Shown in pieces: positions 30,332 to 43,920 of a stretch of DNA of 64,000 bases; within the stretch, counting starts at the first letter, position 1; each line of letters begins with the position of its first letter. The DNA lies in NCBI GenBank assembly GCA_964016885.1, contig OZ024742.1:256556001-256620000 (forward strand), written 5' to 3'. The notes under the pieces were generated by a model. The model was not told the origin of the DNA, made no database searches, and worked only from the letters and a program-made list of their open reading frames with translations. The position numbers were made by a program, and so were the translations under genes. Origin of the DNA: Eledone cirrhosa (Eukaryota).

Positions 30332-30714
30332 ATGTGTGTGTGTGTGTGTGTGCGTGTGTGTGTGTGCGCGTGTGTGTGTGTGTATGAGTGTTTGTGTGTG
30401 GGTCATTGCGTGTGCGTATTTGTATGTGTCTATGTGCGTGCGTGTTTGTGTGTGCATGGCTGTATATGATGACAAATGTTAATCATTGATATATTCAAGG
30501 ATGAAAAGCGAAGTATGGATTCATACCTCTATTATGAACAATACACAATTTAATAGCTATATTATAGTTATATTATTGGAACTTAAATCAGGTTGGAGCT
30601 GTAGATGCGGTGTCTTATGCTTCCAAATCTGATCCAAACAAAGTCAATTTTTCCAGTAAGCGAGGGAGTAGGGGAGAAAGCCATATCTAGATATCGAAGA
30701 AAATCGATCCTAGT

Positions 30715-31230
30715 TTTAAACTTCTACTTTAATCATCGACTTCAGCAAGATGAAAGGCAAAATTGATCGTTGCGGAATTTGAACTCATAGTGAACAGAGA
30801 GGAAACTAATACCGCATGGCATTGAATTCACTCTACTAATTGACCGGCTTTGATATATTATTATTATAACTATTGGTTTAATGTGTGATGATGGGTTGGA
30901 TATTAAAGCAAAAATCTAATTGATTTAGATGTTGTTGATGAATGAGTCTGTCAAGGTGTGTAACTTAGTGGGTATGGTGTTCAGTTAATGATCGTAAGCA
31001 GGTGATTTCTAACCGGTGGTGCTCGTACTTTGGGTCAAGACACTTTAGTTTCCTATTGATCATGTCCCGTTAGCTGGAACTATACGCATAATCTCCCAGA
31101 CGACTTCATTGAATGTAGAGGTGCCTGTAGAATACTCGGCTACTTATACAGAAATACAATATGGAATGTACTTGTGATCCAAAAGGCATATTTCTCATGC
31201 ACAGTGTCATGTTGAATATCCATGAGAATT
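30715..31230. mobile_element. Old SINE remnants (30715-30850 minus; ~30955-31230 plus)
   Basis: gatgaaaggcaaa..gcggaatttgaactc matches the 22950 family; second has tRNA-like head and caagacactt core. Confidence 0.5.
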
Positions 31231-31759
31231 CATTTTTATGGAACATGTTTCATAGGAATTTATTGCTTACATTGAATCTTACTGTGTGAACTAATGGATA
31301 TTTTGTTGAACTTTCGATCGTAAGGCCATGGTATCCATTCTTGTAGCGGTTTCCTTTGTTTCACGTTGCTTCAGTCGAATAAGATAGAAAGGAATACCAG
31401 CCACTGCTAGATTTAACAGCGCGATATAATGCCTATTCCTGGGAAGAGAATTGTACTCTTACTAACATAACGGCACATAAAACGTTATAAACAACGATTT
31501 AATTACCATCCGGGCTTTGGGCAGACGTTAACATTTGTCTAACAACACGCGTCCATATATGTATTTAAATACCTGTTTCCTTGTATTTATTATTATTCAT
31601 GTTTTTTATGCAGTTACCTCGAGAAACCTGATATGTTATATCCAATCAGAATGTTTTACGAATATTGTTTTACTATTTCAGTACACTGAGATAATGAAAA
31701 TGAACTTAAATAAGGTACAGTTAGGGCTATGTTGTTAAGGAATTAACTTTGCAGCCAGT

Positions 31760-31865
31760 TGTTACTGGTTTCGTCCCCGTTTCGTGGTATTTTGAACAAG
31801 TGTCTCCTACTATATGACCAGGTTGACCAATGTGTTGCATGTGGAATTTTGTAAAGGAAAACAAT
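31760..31865 (+). mobile_element. Old SINE remnant (second family); another copy at 33700-33825
   Basis: ggtt..tccc...caagtgtctcctactat pattern shared between the two loci. Confidence 0.5.
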
Positions 31866-32228
31866 ACAAGCTGGGTGGTTGGAATTTGGCAGATATATCA
31901 ATCTACTCATTCAAGCTTGTCAGGCGACATATTTAAGAATCATTATACATGTCAGGATAATCATGGCTAAATCATGGAACTTAGATCTGTACAGCTGAAT
32001 ATATTCTGAGAATAGAAGCAAACGAATCTCCACGAATGTAAACATACATCATGATAAACCTTTACTAAATATGGAAATTGCATATGGATATAAGGCATGA
32101 TGGGATGATCGTAGTTTAAAAATCTATACGTTAAATATAATCTAAATTTAACGATTTTTGCGTGATATATATACACACACACACACATACGCTCTGACGC
32201 ATACACACACACATACACACACACATAT

Positions 32229-32301
<73 letters not shown>

Positions 32302-33260
32302 AGAAAGATTGTTAACTTTACATTACATTTAACAAGATTTCTTGGTGTCAAAATTTTCGTCACATTCTAGCAATCAGTTTACTTATACATTTCAAGGCAA
32401 AACTTGTATAATCTAAACTCATTCTAATAAAATAAATATACTTTGTTATTGTTTCCGAAATGAAATGTACATTTATATTTTTCCTTTTATATTTTAGAGA
32501 AAAAATGGAACAGGAATAATTGTATTTTATTTCTAAACAAATAAAACAATTGAGACATATATTCAATGAAATTATTTATGTTATGTTATGTCCGCCATTG
32601 TAAATGATTCAATGAATCTACTTGAATCTATAATCTGTTTAAATGTGCAAACTGTCCTTAATAAATAACAGACGATGAGCAAGATAATTTGGAAATATGA
32701 CATATAATATAATTTGAAGTCCTACAAAATTCTCACTCATAATATATAATACATATATATACTCACACACAGAAACGTGTACATATGTATATACATATAT
32801 ATATAATTTTTTTTATTTTTGTATATGTGGGGGAGTGTGTAGGGGTGTACTTTCATGCATTGTATTTCAGTTTAAGATATAAACTATCATTTGCTAAAGA
32901 AATAACACAAACAAAATCAGTTATCACAAAGGAAATGTGTATGTTACGAGAATATTCTGTTCAAGCGTAGCTAGTGTATATTCTTACATACACCCATTCA
33001 TACAAACATGTATATAAAAGTATGTGTGTGTGTACGCATAAATATCTACAAAACACACACGTACACACACACACATATATATATATATGTATGTACACGT
33101 GTGTGTGCATGTATACGTATGGAAATTTCCAATTGTCTATTGTAAAAGATTATATGATTTACATGGATGCTTACGCTATATGGCGCCAGTCTTTTCTCAT
33201 CATCACGTTTAAAAAATAAGTTAGGAGGAAGGAGAATTAAAGAATAATATAATATCAATT

Positions 33261-33293
<33 letters not shown>

Positions 33294-33296
33294 ATA

Positions 33297-33348
<52 letters not shown>

Positions 33349-34274
33349 TGTGTTTGCCAATTCTGCAGATTGCTATCATTCAGTAACTTTATTGTCAAAT
33401 ATATTTTTTAATCAACGCACTATTTGTTTCTTATGGATTTCGCAGATATAATATAACATAACTCACATTTTGGCTACAGTCAATTTTTAAATTGAGAAGC
33501 ACAAGATTGTAATATTTTTATTTATTTTTTTAAAGATTGTTTTTCTCAAGTATTACACCTCAGAATTCACTTTAATCTCAAAATATCAATGTATACATGC
33601 TTTTCCTGTCATGTATGTATATCAAGTAATAATGTATATAGTTTCTTTTCTAGACTAATTATGGATGAATAATTAAAGACTTCACTTCACAATTCACCTT
33701 TATGAACCAGGTTCAATCCCACTATATGGAACATTGACCGAATGTCCTTTACGATAGACACAAGTCGATTCCTGGTTTGTGAGTGATAGTGGGTAGGCGG
33801 AATATATTTGGAAGCCCGCCAGCTGAACTGACACAGTAATTTAAAAGCCTGTATTATCAGGCTATATCTCCTTGAGAATTACGATATGGGTCTACGCGTC
33901 TGTAGAATTCTCAGCTCAATACAAGAGTATTTTGTGGAGAAGCTGTAAGATTGGTCAAACGAATGGAAGACTCATCTTCAAAACCGACTGAGTTTTAAAG
34001 ATGTTATATTCTGTTATATATGGAGCTACCAAATGACAAATTCTCTTTAATAGAAATTTCTAAGAAAATATGAATGACATCCATTATAATGCTTTGTGGT
34101 ATTCCTCCGCTCTGTCAGCATGTTTACATATAAATATTTCAAAGTAGATAAATAAAGTACCGGGCCTGCACATACTTATATCCATTAGAGAGTTCCTATA
34201 TTTGTTTTATATTACTAAAATTCCAACCCACACAAAGACCTCTATTTCTGATTATCTATCTATTTATATACATA

Positions 34275-34460
34275 ATTGTTTCTACTTTTTGGCACAGGGC
34301 CAGCAATAACCCAGTGCATTACTGGTATTGTATTTGATCGACCCCGTAAGGATGAAAGGCAAAGTTAACCTCGGCGGGATTTGAACACAGAATCGCAAGG
34401 GCCGTAACTCTATGCGTCAATGCATGGCGTCCGACCCTCTACCGATACTGCCAATCCATC
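34275..34460 (-). mobile_element. tRNA-derived SINE
   Basis: Homologous to 22950-23137. Confidence 0.8.
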
Positions 34461-34659
34461 TATTTATATACATAATACTTGTGTGTGTGTTTGTGTAACG
34501 TGTCCACGGTGCAAGGAGCACAATCAGTGTAGTAATCGATGTATGCTGAAAACCAGTGTATGTATGTATATTTATATATATATATATATATATACATATA
34601 CATATGTATACATGTGTGCGTGTATGTGTGAGCGGGCTCGTGTGTGTACATATATATGC

Positions 34660-34690
<31 letters not shown>

Positions 34691-34718
34691 TAGAGAGAGA
34701 GATGGAGAGAGAGGGAGA

Positions 34719-34772
<54 letters not shown>

Positions 34773-34800
34773 TAGAGAGAGAGATGGAGAGAGAGGGAGA

Positions 34801-34872
<72 letters not shown>

Positions 34873-36259
34873 TAGAGCGATAGCTAGAACACTGTGAGTG
34901 GTGTACGTTACTTAGTAGATAATTCATATTCGTATCAACTCGTATCCAACATGGATGGCACATTGTCTTTACAACATGTGACGTCTATTCCATTCTCAAA
35001 AATGTTATTCCGTACGTTAAACCCCTACACACGGCAGATAAACTTATTCCTATATAGTTACATTCATCTAATTTCATACTTCATATCTCGGCTCTTTGAT
35101 ATTCGTAAATAAAATTGTTATTAGTATTCTAGGTTCGGTTAATACTATGACAGCCTCAATACAGAATATATATGCTTAGTAACTGTTCAAAGGAAATCAA
35201 TATATCTAATATGTCTTGGCCATAAATATGTACCACTTTAGTATTTACGATTCAATCATGCGCACTCCGTGATTAGTCTTTATGAATAAAAACTCTATTT
35301 TGTTCCAGTGGGATTGCAAATAAGGATGCATGGACGATGCTAACCCTTGTCAATCATTCACTGCTATGAAATAACATTTTAGCGCGTGCAATTTCCTGAA
35401 ATCTGTACATAATTAGGAAATGTATAATTATGTTATATGTTGGGGATTACAGTAATGAATAAATGCTTTCCCGTGTACTAGCAATTACCGGGAAATAGGG
35501 ACAACATCTTAATTATGAGTGTGTCTTTTTGTGAGGGAGAAAGAGAGAAAGAGAGTGAGTTAGAGAGTGTGTGTTTGTGTGTGTGTGTTTGTCTGAGGCT
35601 AGTTTCCAATGCAGTTCTTCGTTTTTTAATCTGGTGTGTGAATGAGTGTCAGTTTTATGATATAGGTAAATAAAATCTACCGGTGGCGCTATTGCGATAA
35701 AAATGAATTATGTCAACATTCTTTGATCTGTTCTGCTTAATATGCTTAGCACGGATGTCTGCGTAAGAGGCTGCTGACAAGATCACATTATAATTAAATA
35801 CAGAGAGCAAGAAAAAAAAAATGTTTTTATCACACTTGCTAAGTTTGTTTATAGCTTTAGACGTTGTAAAACCGGGGACATTTATTTGGCATGAAAGAAG
35901 AGCAACAATAATTGAAACTATGCAAATATCTCTACTACGAATATTATATATATATAGTTTATACTTTATATATATATATATATAAATATAAATATATATA
36001 TATCACTAAAGTGACATTTTACATACTACTAAGAATAAAGAGAACTCCAGCCGATATAATAATAAGATTCTTTTCAAATATTTATAGAGAATACTCATAT
36101 TCTGTATTGAAATACAGAGTACTTTAGTATAAACAATAACCGAAAACATTTGTTTGTGCACTTATCTCTCTTCGCACATCTCTGCGTCACAAATTTTTCT
36201 ACGCCTCATTTGTCCGTTGTCCATATATAAACGCGGCGTAAATACTCAAACACACACAT

Positions 36260-36292
<33 letters not shown>

Positions 36293-36394
36293 ATTACATA
36301 TACATACATGAATATGCATGTATATGTGAATATATGTATGTATATATATATATATAGATGTGAGAAAAACCACAGACCCTCCATCTCAACTCTA

Positions 36395-36431
36395 CTTTTG
36401 AAAAGCAGAAGAGCTGCGAAACCGGTAAAGG
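36395..36431 (+). ncRNA. Minimal hammerhead with U3-A8 core (family F)
   Basis: CTT-TTGAAAA-GCAG-AAGAG-CTGC-GAAAC-CG-GTA-AAG. Confidence 0.8.
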
Positions 36432-36562
36432 AACCAAATAAATATTTATATTTTAAAAAAAAATAAGACTCCAGTTGCATTTTCGATTTCATCTCTTTTT
36501 CTTTATACTTTCACTCGTGTAGGACACCTCGGTTATTTTTCAATTTGTAAATAAAACCTCAC

Positions 36563-36655
<93 letters not shown>

Positions 36656-36916
36656 GAAAAAATGAAACGAATTCAATTCCCACCCTTAGTACGGCTGTTA
36701 CTTAAGTATATGTATGTATACGTACATACATATATGTATACAGACGTACAGTAGTATGTATATATATATACATACATGCACATATATATATATATATATA
36801 TATATATACGTATGGATTCACCGAACATTTATTATAATGCTCGGTGTTTTGTAAACAAACATCTCGAATTAAGCCGTAGTGTCTAGCAACCATCGTTGCT
36901 CATTTGTTCAACACTG

Positions 36917-36994
<78 letters not shown>

Positions 36995-37065
36995 AATATA
37001 TATATATATATACATATATGTGTGTACGGTCGCACACACACACACACGCACGCACTCACACGCGA

Positions 37066-37389
37066 GTATGTATAAACCTTATGCATTTCTACAGTATTTT
37101 CACCAGACTTAAGACATAGGTTACTTCTGTACTCCGGTTGGTCATGGGCATTTCATTTTTCCATATATTGAATATAGGGTCTCCCGGCAAATAGCCCCCT
37201 TCAACCGCTCTTTTAGTGTCGACTGAAGCACTGCAGTGAAATGCAAACGTCATAACTTCTGGAACCTCCTTTTGGAAAAAGCTGATGATTTTGTAAAAGT
37301 TTAGTTTTCGAAGCAGCACTGAATTATTGATATAAATGGTATACACAACTGCTATTTAATACCTGAACAACGCCGGGTACCTCTGCTAG
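37066..37389 (+). mobile_element. Non-autonomous Helitron
   Basis: 3' hairpin acctgaacaacgccgggt then ...gctag/t; 5' part resembles the 5' end of the Helitron at 12395. Confidence 0.65.
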
Positions 37390-37399
37390 TAGTAACATA

Positions 37400-37586
37400 T
37401 AATTGTTTCTACTTATAACACAAGTCCAGCAATTATCACAGTGTATTACTGGTACTTTATTTTATCGAACCTGTAAGGACGAAAGGCAAAGTTAACCATG
37501 GCGGGATTTGAACTCATATCATAAAGGGAGGTAACTCTATGCTTCAAAGCATGGCGTCCGACCCTCTACCGATACTGCCAATCCAT
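37400..37586 (-). mobile_element. tRNA-derived SINE
   Basis: Homologous to 22950-23137. Confidence 0.8.
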
Positions 37587-37593
37587 TGGCGTA

Positions 37594-39566
37594 TGCATGG
37601 TATAATGTATGGACAGAAATTACGATTAACAATTAGAAACGTTAAATTTACGTTTAGAGTTAGAAGATGCCATTCCCTATCCTATATTTCAGGTCTTTCG
37701 GGATTCACATTGAAAATTCAGATTCGAACATACACTAGATATCACCTGATACTATTCCTACTCTTCCATATCTATATCTAGAACCTTGTATTCTCCAACT
37801 GTGCTATATATTGTCCATTTACTGCACGTTGATCTGTATTTTATTTCTTATGTATTGTGATTTCTTCGATATGTTCTTATACACTACCCTTTTACTCCCT
37901 ACATCACCACCCTAGGTATGACTGCATTTTATTTATGTATTTATGTATATTACTTACGGTTTACTTCATGCATTTATTTACTCGCATTTTTTCATCCTTA
38001 CGGGGTCGATAAAATAAAGTACCAGTAATGCACTGGATATTTGCTGGCCTTGTGCCAAAAAGTAGAAACAATTATATACTGATCCTTGTACTCATTAACA
38101 CACGACCCTAGAATATTACTCTCTGTACCTTTATATCTGTTTATCTTTATGCACTCCCCCTACCCACCCAAGAATCACACTACATATAACCCGGACTAAC
38201 TCGGGACTAAATATAGTCTATTTGCACATTTCATCAGATTTTACCACTTTCAACTTCACATCACGGGTGTGAATAACTAATAATCGTTTAGTAGACGCGT
38301 TGATCCGACGGATATGGCGGATGTGCCGACTGCACGTCAAAGCTCAGGTCGATCAGCCTTCCTTGAGTGCTTGGATAAAGAAATTTTCCCTTCTTTCGGT
38401 AAACTAAATTATCCGGAACGGCTGCTTCGCTCTGGGGCCTTGTCGGACATGAAACCCGCCGCGACACCGGTTATTGACCGCCACACAGTACCTTTAATTG
38501 CTAGGCTTAATCATAACTTTTAACTTTATCTTGCCTCCTTCTACTATCACTTAACTAAATCCCCCACCAGTGTGAATAACTAGAAATCGTTTGGTATATA
38601 CGATGGCCGGCGGACGGTTGCAGACTTCCGGCTAACACACCCGACGCTTAAGACAGTTAACATTCCTGGAGTGCTCGGAAAAATAAATTTCCGTTTCTTT
38701 CTCTAGACGATAATACTCGGAACGGCTTACACACCTTTGGGCCCCGGTCTGGCCGGGGGGTACGCTACGTCGTTGGTTATCGACCGCTAAGCATGGGCTT
38801 AATCTTTACTCTATATTCTACCCTGAAACTTTATCGTGACTATCTATAATACACTTAAACGTTTTCATAAAAGCCTTAATCTGTAAATTCTTTAACTAAA
38901 TCACAGAGCTTCAAACCTAAACCTCATTTTTCTAATTTCATCTTAAATGGTGTCTTCTAACTCTAAACATAAATTTAACGTTTCTAATTGTTAATCGTAA
39001 TTTCTGTCCATACATTATACCATGCAGACGCCCACTATATATTACTATATATAGATTTGTTAAAAATATATGTTCTTTGATATTTTTCGCGGCAATTTCT
39101 AGCACGCAATTACCAACTTGATTGTGACCTGACCTCAAAGCTGGCCTCTGTCTTCGACGGGGTGGTAGTAGTACACTATAAGCCTACATCCTTCACCAGA
39201 TGGACATAAGTAGGCTTAATAATCACCATCTGAGGGCGACAGACCGGGGTAGAAGCTGCTAAATGTTCGGTCGCCCTCATGTCTCTGATTTTCAGCACCA
39301 TGGATTTTGTCTATTATATTCCATTTTTATATTTCGAAACCTGATGATGTCACCGGATTCATACTGAACCCGGTCATTGAAATGATCAAAGTATAATAAA
39401 CATTTGTTATTTTATAATAATTAACTCCGTACTCGCACCACCAACTACACAAACGAAGATGGGGAGTTGCATTACGTTGAGTGCTCTCCATAATACTACA
39501 TGAGGTTGACCATACGAATGTCCAGTTCTATCCAGTAGTGAACCAACAAACTAAAATAAATATATT

Positions 39567-39570
<4 letters not shown>
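37594..39570 (+). mobile_element. PLE-like non-coding 3' region (family H) with inverted arm (37594-37674 / 38946-39026), duplicated GC-rich module and HHR
   Basis: 81-bp inverted repeat; 303-bp-period diverged duplication 38267/38570; HHR at 39338; embedded SINE 3' half at 37989-38073. Confidence 0.7.
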
Positions 39571-39599
<29 letters not shown>

Positions 39600-39602
<3 letters not shown>

Positions 39603-40612
39603 GGTGTTCCAGAATCCCACATTTTACACAAAAGTGTTTTTTTCTTAGCTCCCTATGCATTTTTCTTAGACCATTTTGTTTATTATCAATTTATTATGTA
39701 ATTTTGATTCTTTCAGACTAATTTAAGCCTTGCTTACTAGTTGCAAATTGGCAGAACAATGCCGAAAACCAGTGGGCCTAGTTGTAGCTACTCGTTCCAT
39801 CGTGATGATCGAGAAATATGGCTCCTGGGGCAATATGTAACATCCTTTTCACCAAACAAAATACCAACAAAGGGGGATGTTCTAAGGTATTTCTTCTACC
39901 TGAAAGATGGTCCTATGAAACACGACAAGCATGTGATCTTCTAGGGTGCTATTGCAGATAGGCTTGTGATGGAATAGTTAGTCAGTGGGAAAAAGCTGGT
40001 GTGGTGACTCAACGAAAAGACAAAATGAAACTGAAAATTATGAACATGTACAGTGAATACAGACATTTACCAAAAAACAAAGGTTCTATATCAAACAAAG
40101 AAAAGGTAGAACTATTTATTTCTGAATTGGATTCGTTTTTCTACATTGTACATACTGATGCTGAAATGAAAATTTTGAAAGACCGTCTTCGTAATAATGA
40201 ACAGAAAATGGAAGATGCTACCTTTCTCGAAGCCCTGCATTGCCAGAAAACAGTATCTCTGAGTGCTGAAGACAAGGGTTACCTGAAAAAGGTATCTTCA
40301 AAGTGTAAGCGTGATCAGGTTTCAGTGGCTCTTCGAGAGTCAGAGAACTATAGAAAGCGTTTGTGAGGATCTGTAGCAGCATAACTTCCACGCAATGAAC
40401 TGAGTGATTCAAGTTCAAACAATGATGAAGCTGAAGATGAACAGGATCCTGAATGTCAGGCCTCAAACCCACCCAGAGACAGCTCACAGTCAGACAAGAC
40501 ACGAAAATTACAGCTGGAACTCCCAAAGAATCCATTTCAAAGTCCCAACATTTCTCTAATGGCTGATCGTTTAAACCTGACACTGGGCCAGAGAACAGCA
40601 TTTATGGCATCG
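39600..40612 (+). mobile_element. DNA-transposon 5' fragment (putative TIR start tagggtg; transposase N-terminal remnant), superfamily not assigned
   Basis: Starts abruptly after (TA)n; interrupted ORFs IPTKGDVLRYFFYLK and KLKIMNMYSEYRHL..ELDSFFYIVH resemble transposase N-termini. Confidence 0.5.
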
Positions 40613-40925
40613 ATTATCTCCGGTGGGGGAGATTTGTAGGTATTGAATCCGAATCTCTCTTTGGTGTTGAAATCCAGGTTGTCGCGGTATCTATCGTAGA
40701 AAATGTTCTCCATCTTAGTCTTTTTGCAAAAAGGTCGATTTTTTTGCATGAGCACCCGAAGGTAAACTTTCTCGGTGGAATTGGGATGTTCTTGGTGGAG
40801 AAGTCGATATTGTGTTTTCGCATGGTGCGGGTAATGAAACTTGAGCTGGGGGGACATAAATCTAGATGGACAACAAATTACCTCCAGCCTCGGGTTCGCA
40901 GACCTTTCCCACCATACCATAAAAA
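40612..40925 (-). mobile_element. Fragment of family O PLE ORF start
   Basis: MRKHNIDFSTKNIPIPPRK..KIDLFAKRLRWRTF matches 60383-60585. Confidence 0.9.
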
Positions 40926-40996
40926 GATTGGCCACGTCACCAGATTAAATGAAGATGGCGTAAATATGCAATACAACAGGAGGAACATAATATCAC

Positions 40997-41034
40997 CACT
41001 GACGATGTTGCAGATGTGAAACGAAAGAACTTTG
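40997..41034 (+). ncRNA. Hammerhead-like motif (family K); second copy 44185-44222 has TTGACGA
   Basis: CA-CTGACGA-T-GTT-GCAGATGTGA-AAC-GAAAG-AA-CTT-TG. Confidence 0.65.
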
Positions 41035-41208
41035 TTAGACTATATATATGTGTTTATATCTATATTATATGTGTATTTTTGTCCGTTGGTCAGTCAATGG
41101 TAAACATTGATGACCGAATGAATTAACTGATATAAAAGATACAGAAGCGAAACCAACTAAACAGTGAGTGTGATTTGTTATTAATTCTGGCAATATTATT
41201 ACAACAAT

Positions 41209-43920
41209 ATGACCCTCGCCAAGTATAACAATATTTGTTTCGACACACGATTTCATATCAAAAACCTAGCAAAACAAATTCATCGCCATCATGGCATTAG
41301 CTTGTGCCAAGCTGAAAGGTTATTGAAAGACACTGTTTTCTCTTATATAAAAACTATAATAACAACAGAACAAATTCGCTTCTTAAAATTTATAATTCGC
41401 TTCAAAATATACACAACAAACATATCAAAACAAGTAAATAATTTATTATTAAACAAAACACAAGCTGAACGACTAATACACACATTAACATTCAATATGA
41501 AAAGAATAACGTACACAATAGTTAACGAACTTTACAAACAGAAACGCGTTGACGTTAAGGAAGTTGAAACTCTCACCACACCAAACGAGATAGATGAACT
41601 CATGGGCGTTATTCGACGTCAAACAAAATACACTCGAAATGCAATAGGCATTTCAATAAGAAATTAGGATGGATGAAGAAGAAAAAACAAGAAGAAAGGA
41701 AAGCAGAACATTTACAAACATACCCAGATATGATTAACAATATCCGTATGACAGACGTAGCATTACCGGCAGAATTTACCAAAGACCATACAATAAATAT
41801 TTATGGGAAGACTTTAATCAATGAACAAGAGCCACAAGCTCTACAGCCGCCACCGAAAATTGCTATCTACAAAAAGATGAATCCAATCGAGTGTAAAACG
41901 GAGATGGAAAAGTGTTTCACAAAAATACGTTGGAATGCGAAAATAAACGACGACAATAACTCTGAGTATAGAAATAACAGCTATAATAATAATAGTCATA
42001 AGAATAACAATAGCAGAAGAGTGAGAAATATAGTAATAATAATAGTGGTAGTAATATTAACGATAGACAGCACAACAACAACCACAATAATAATAATGGA
42101 AACATTAAAGACAGACACAACAACACCCACAGTGGTAATAATGGAAATAATACGAGTAACAATGATAGACACAACAACAATAACAACCACAGTAGTAATA
42201 ATGGAAATAATACGAGTAACAACAACAACTACAGTAGTAATAATGGAAATAATACGAGTAACAACAACAACCACAGTAGTAATAATGGAAATAATACGAG
42301 TAACAACAACAACTACAGTAGTAATAATGGAAATAATACGAGTAGCAACATTAATGATAGACACAAAAACAACAGCAAAAACAAGAAACATACTAATAAA
42401 AGTAACAACCAAAATGGTAGAAATAACAGTAACAGCAATAACAATAGAGAAAAGGACAATAATACATCTAATAATCATAACAACAATACATCTAGCAATC
42501 AGAACAATAATAATAATGTTAATGGTTGGAACAACAACAACCATAATAACAATAATAGCAACACACACAACTATGACGATATACATAATAAAAACCCCTT
42601 AGAGAAACTAATCTTCAATCCAGCTGAAAAAACATATAAGATGAGTAAAGTTTATCCTACGAGGTTACTCTTTTATAGAAGGGTTTGTATACCACAACAA
42701 ATAGATGACGAGAGAGAGGCAGAGTTCACCATAGCTAGAAATAAGATTAGACAAATAGTAGACCGATATACTAAGAGACAAAGCAGACCAGAGATCAAAC
42801 AACTTGAAAGGAAACCTGTAGAAGGTTTAGTTAGCCCCAAGCACCGCACAAGAGGTGGTGAGATAGTATGTCTTCCCATTGAGAAATCTGGTAGGATGTC
42901 AATAGACAGCATGCCGAACTACATCAAGGCTATGCAACTCCACATCATCAACACGAGCGAAATTACTCAGCAAATACATGAGAGGAGAGGGAAGATCCTC
43001 AAACCTCACATGATAGTGTAGACCGACATCCTAAAGACATCCTAAAGACGCACTGCCACCAACTTCCAGGCGTCTAGCCATGACATACCACCCTTGTATG
43101 GGCTCCGCAAAGACCATAAGCTGTCGATGAACCGACAATAGGACCACCAACAAAACCTGTATGGGGAGCCAATATCGCTAGCAACTACAGGATCTCCTAC
43201 TTCCTATCAATGGTTATACGCCGCATAATGAAGATGTCCCCAGATGTATGTGACAGTACAGATGACCTCCTCAGCAGAATCAATGAATGCAACAAAAAGA
43301 AGTATAAGACCCTCATAGAACTGGACAAGAAAGGAATTTGCCCATTATACAGAGCAAATTATGGAATAGCTTGGATAGGACTAAACGTAAGATAGGGAAA
43401 GACACATCACGGTACAACAACCAGAGATACCAGAGTGTCATGTTTTTGGACACTAACCCTGGAGGGAAATTAGCTAACCAGTGTAGAAAGGCACTGAGAA
43501 AGACCCACTTAAAGATTAAAGTGGTAGACAAGCCACGAACTACCATAAAATCTCTGATCAGCAAAACCCACTCACTGTACTAATAGGAAATGTATTATAT
43601 GTAAAGTAAGGCCCCGAATAAACTGTAAAACTAGAAACGTAATCTATAGCATAAGATGTACAGGGGGTACTTGCAGAACATGACAACAACATACATAGGC
43701 GAGACAGCTCGTAGCAGAGGTGAAAGGATAGACCAACACTTGACAAAAAGGACGAAAAAACGGTTCGGTACTATACGAACATGCCACACAACAACATAGA
43801 TAACATAGAAATTAAAATAATATTTAAACATAGAAATGACCCAGCAGATAGGCAAATCAGAGAGGCAAGTGAGATAGAACTTAGAAGGCCAAAGCTAAAC
43901 AGAAAAAATGAATGTAATAA
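41209..43920 (+). pseudogene. PLE polyprotein remnant with Asn-rich insert
   Basis: ORF pieces 41209, 41673, 42641, 43210, 43338; homologous to 21435-21938. Confidence 0.8.
42080..42345 (+). repeat. 39-bp coding minisatellite (aacaacaacc/tacagtagtaataatggaaataatacgagt) x ~5
   Basis: Direct reading; 13-codon period. Confidence 0.9.

Noticed and set aside
38340-38430. Faint resemblance of the GC-rich module to 28S rRNA or snRNA segments
   Set aside because: Only a few short words match; not enough to assign.
42080-42345. 39-bp repeat array as CRISPR-like
   Set aside because: Contiguous tandem units without unique spacers, inside a eukaryotic retroelement ORF.
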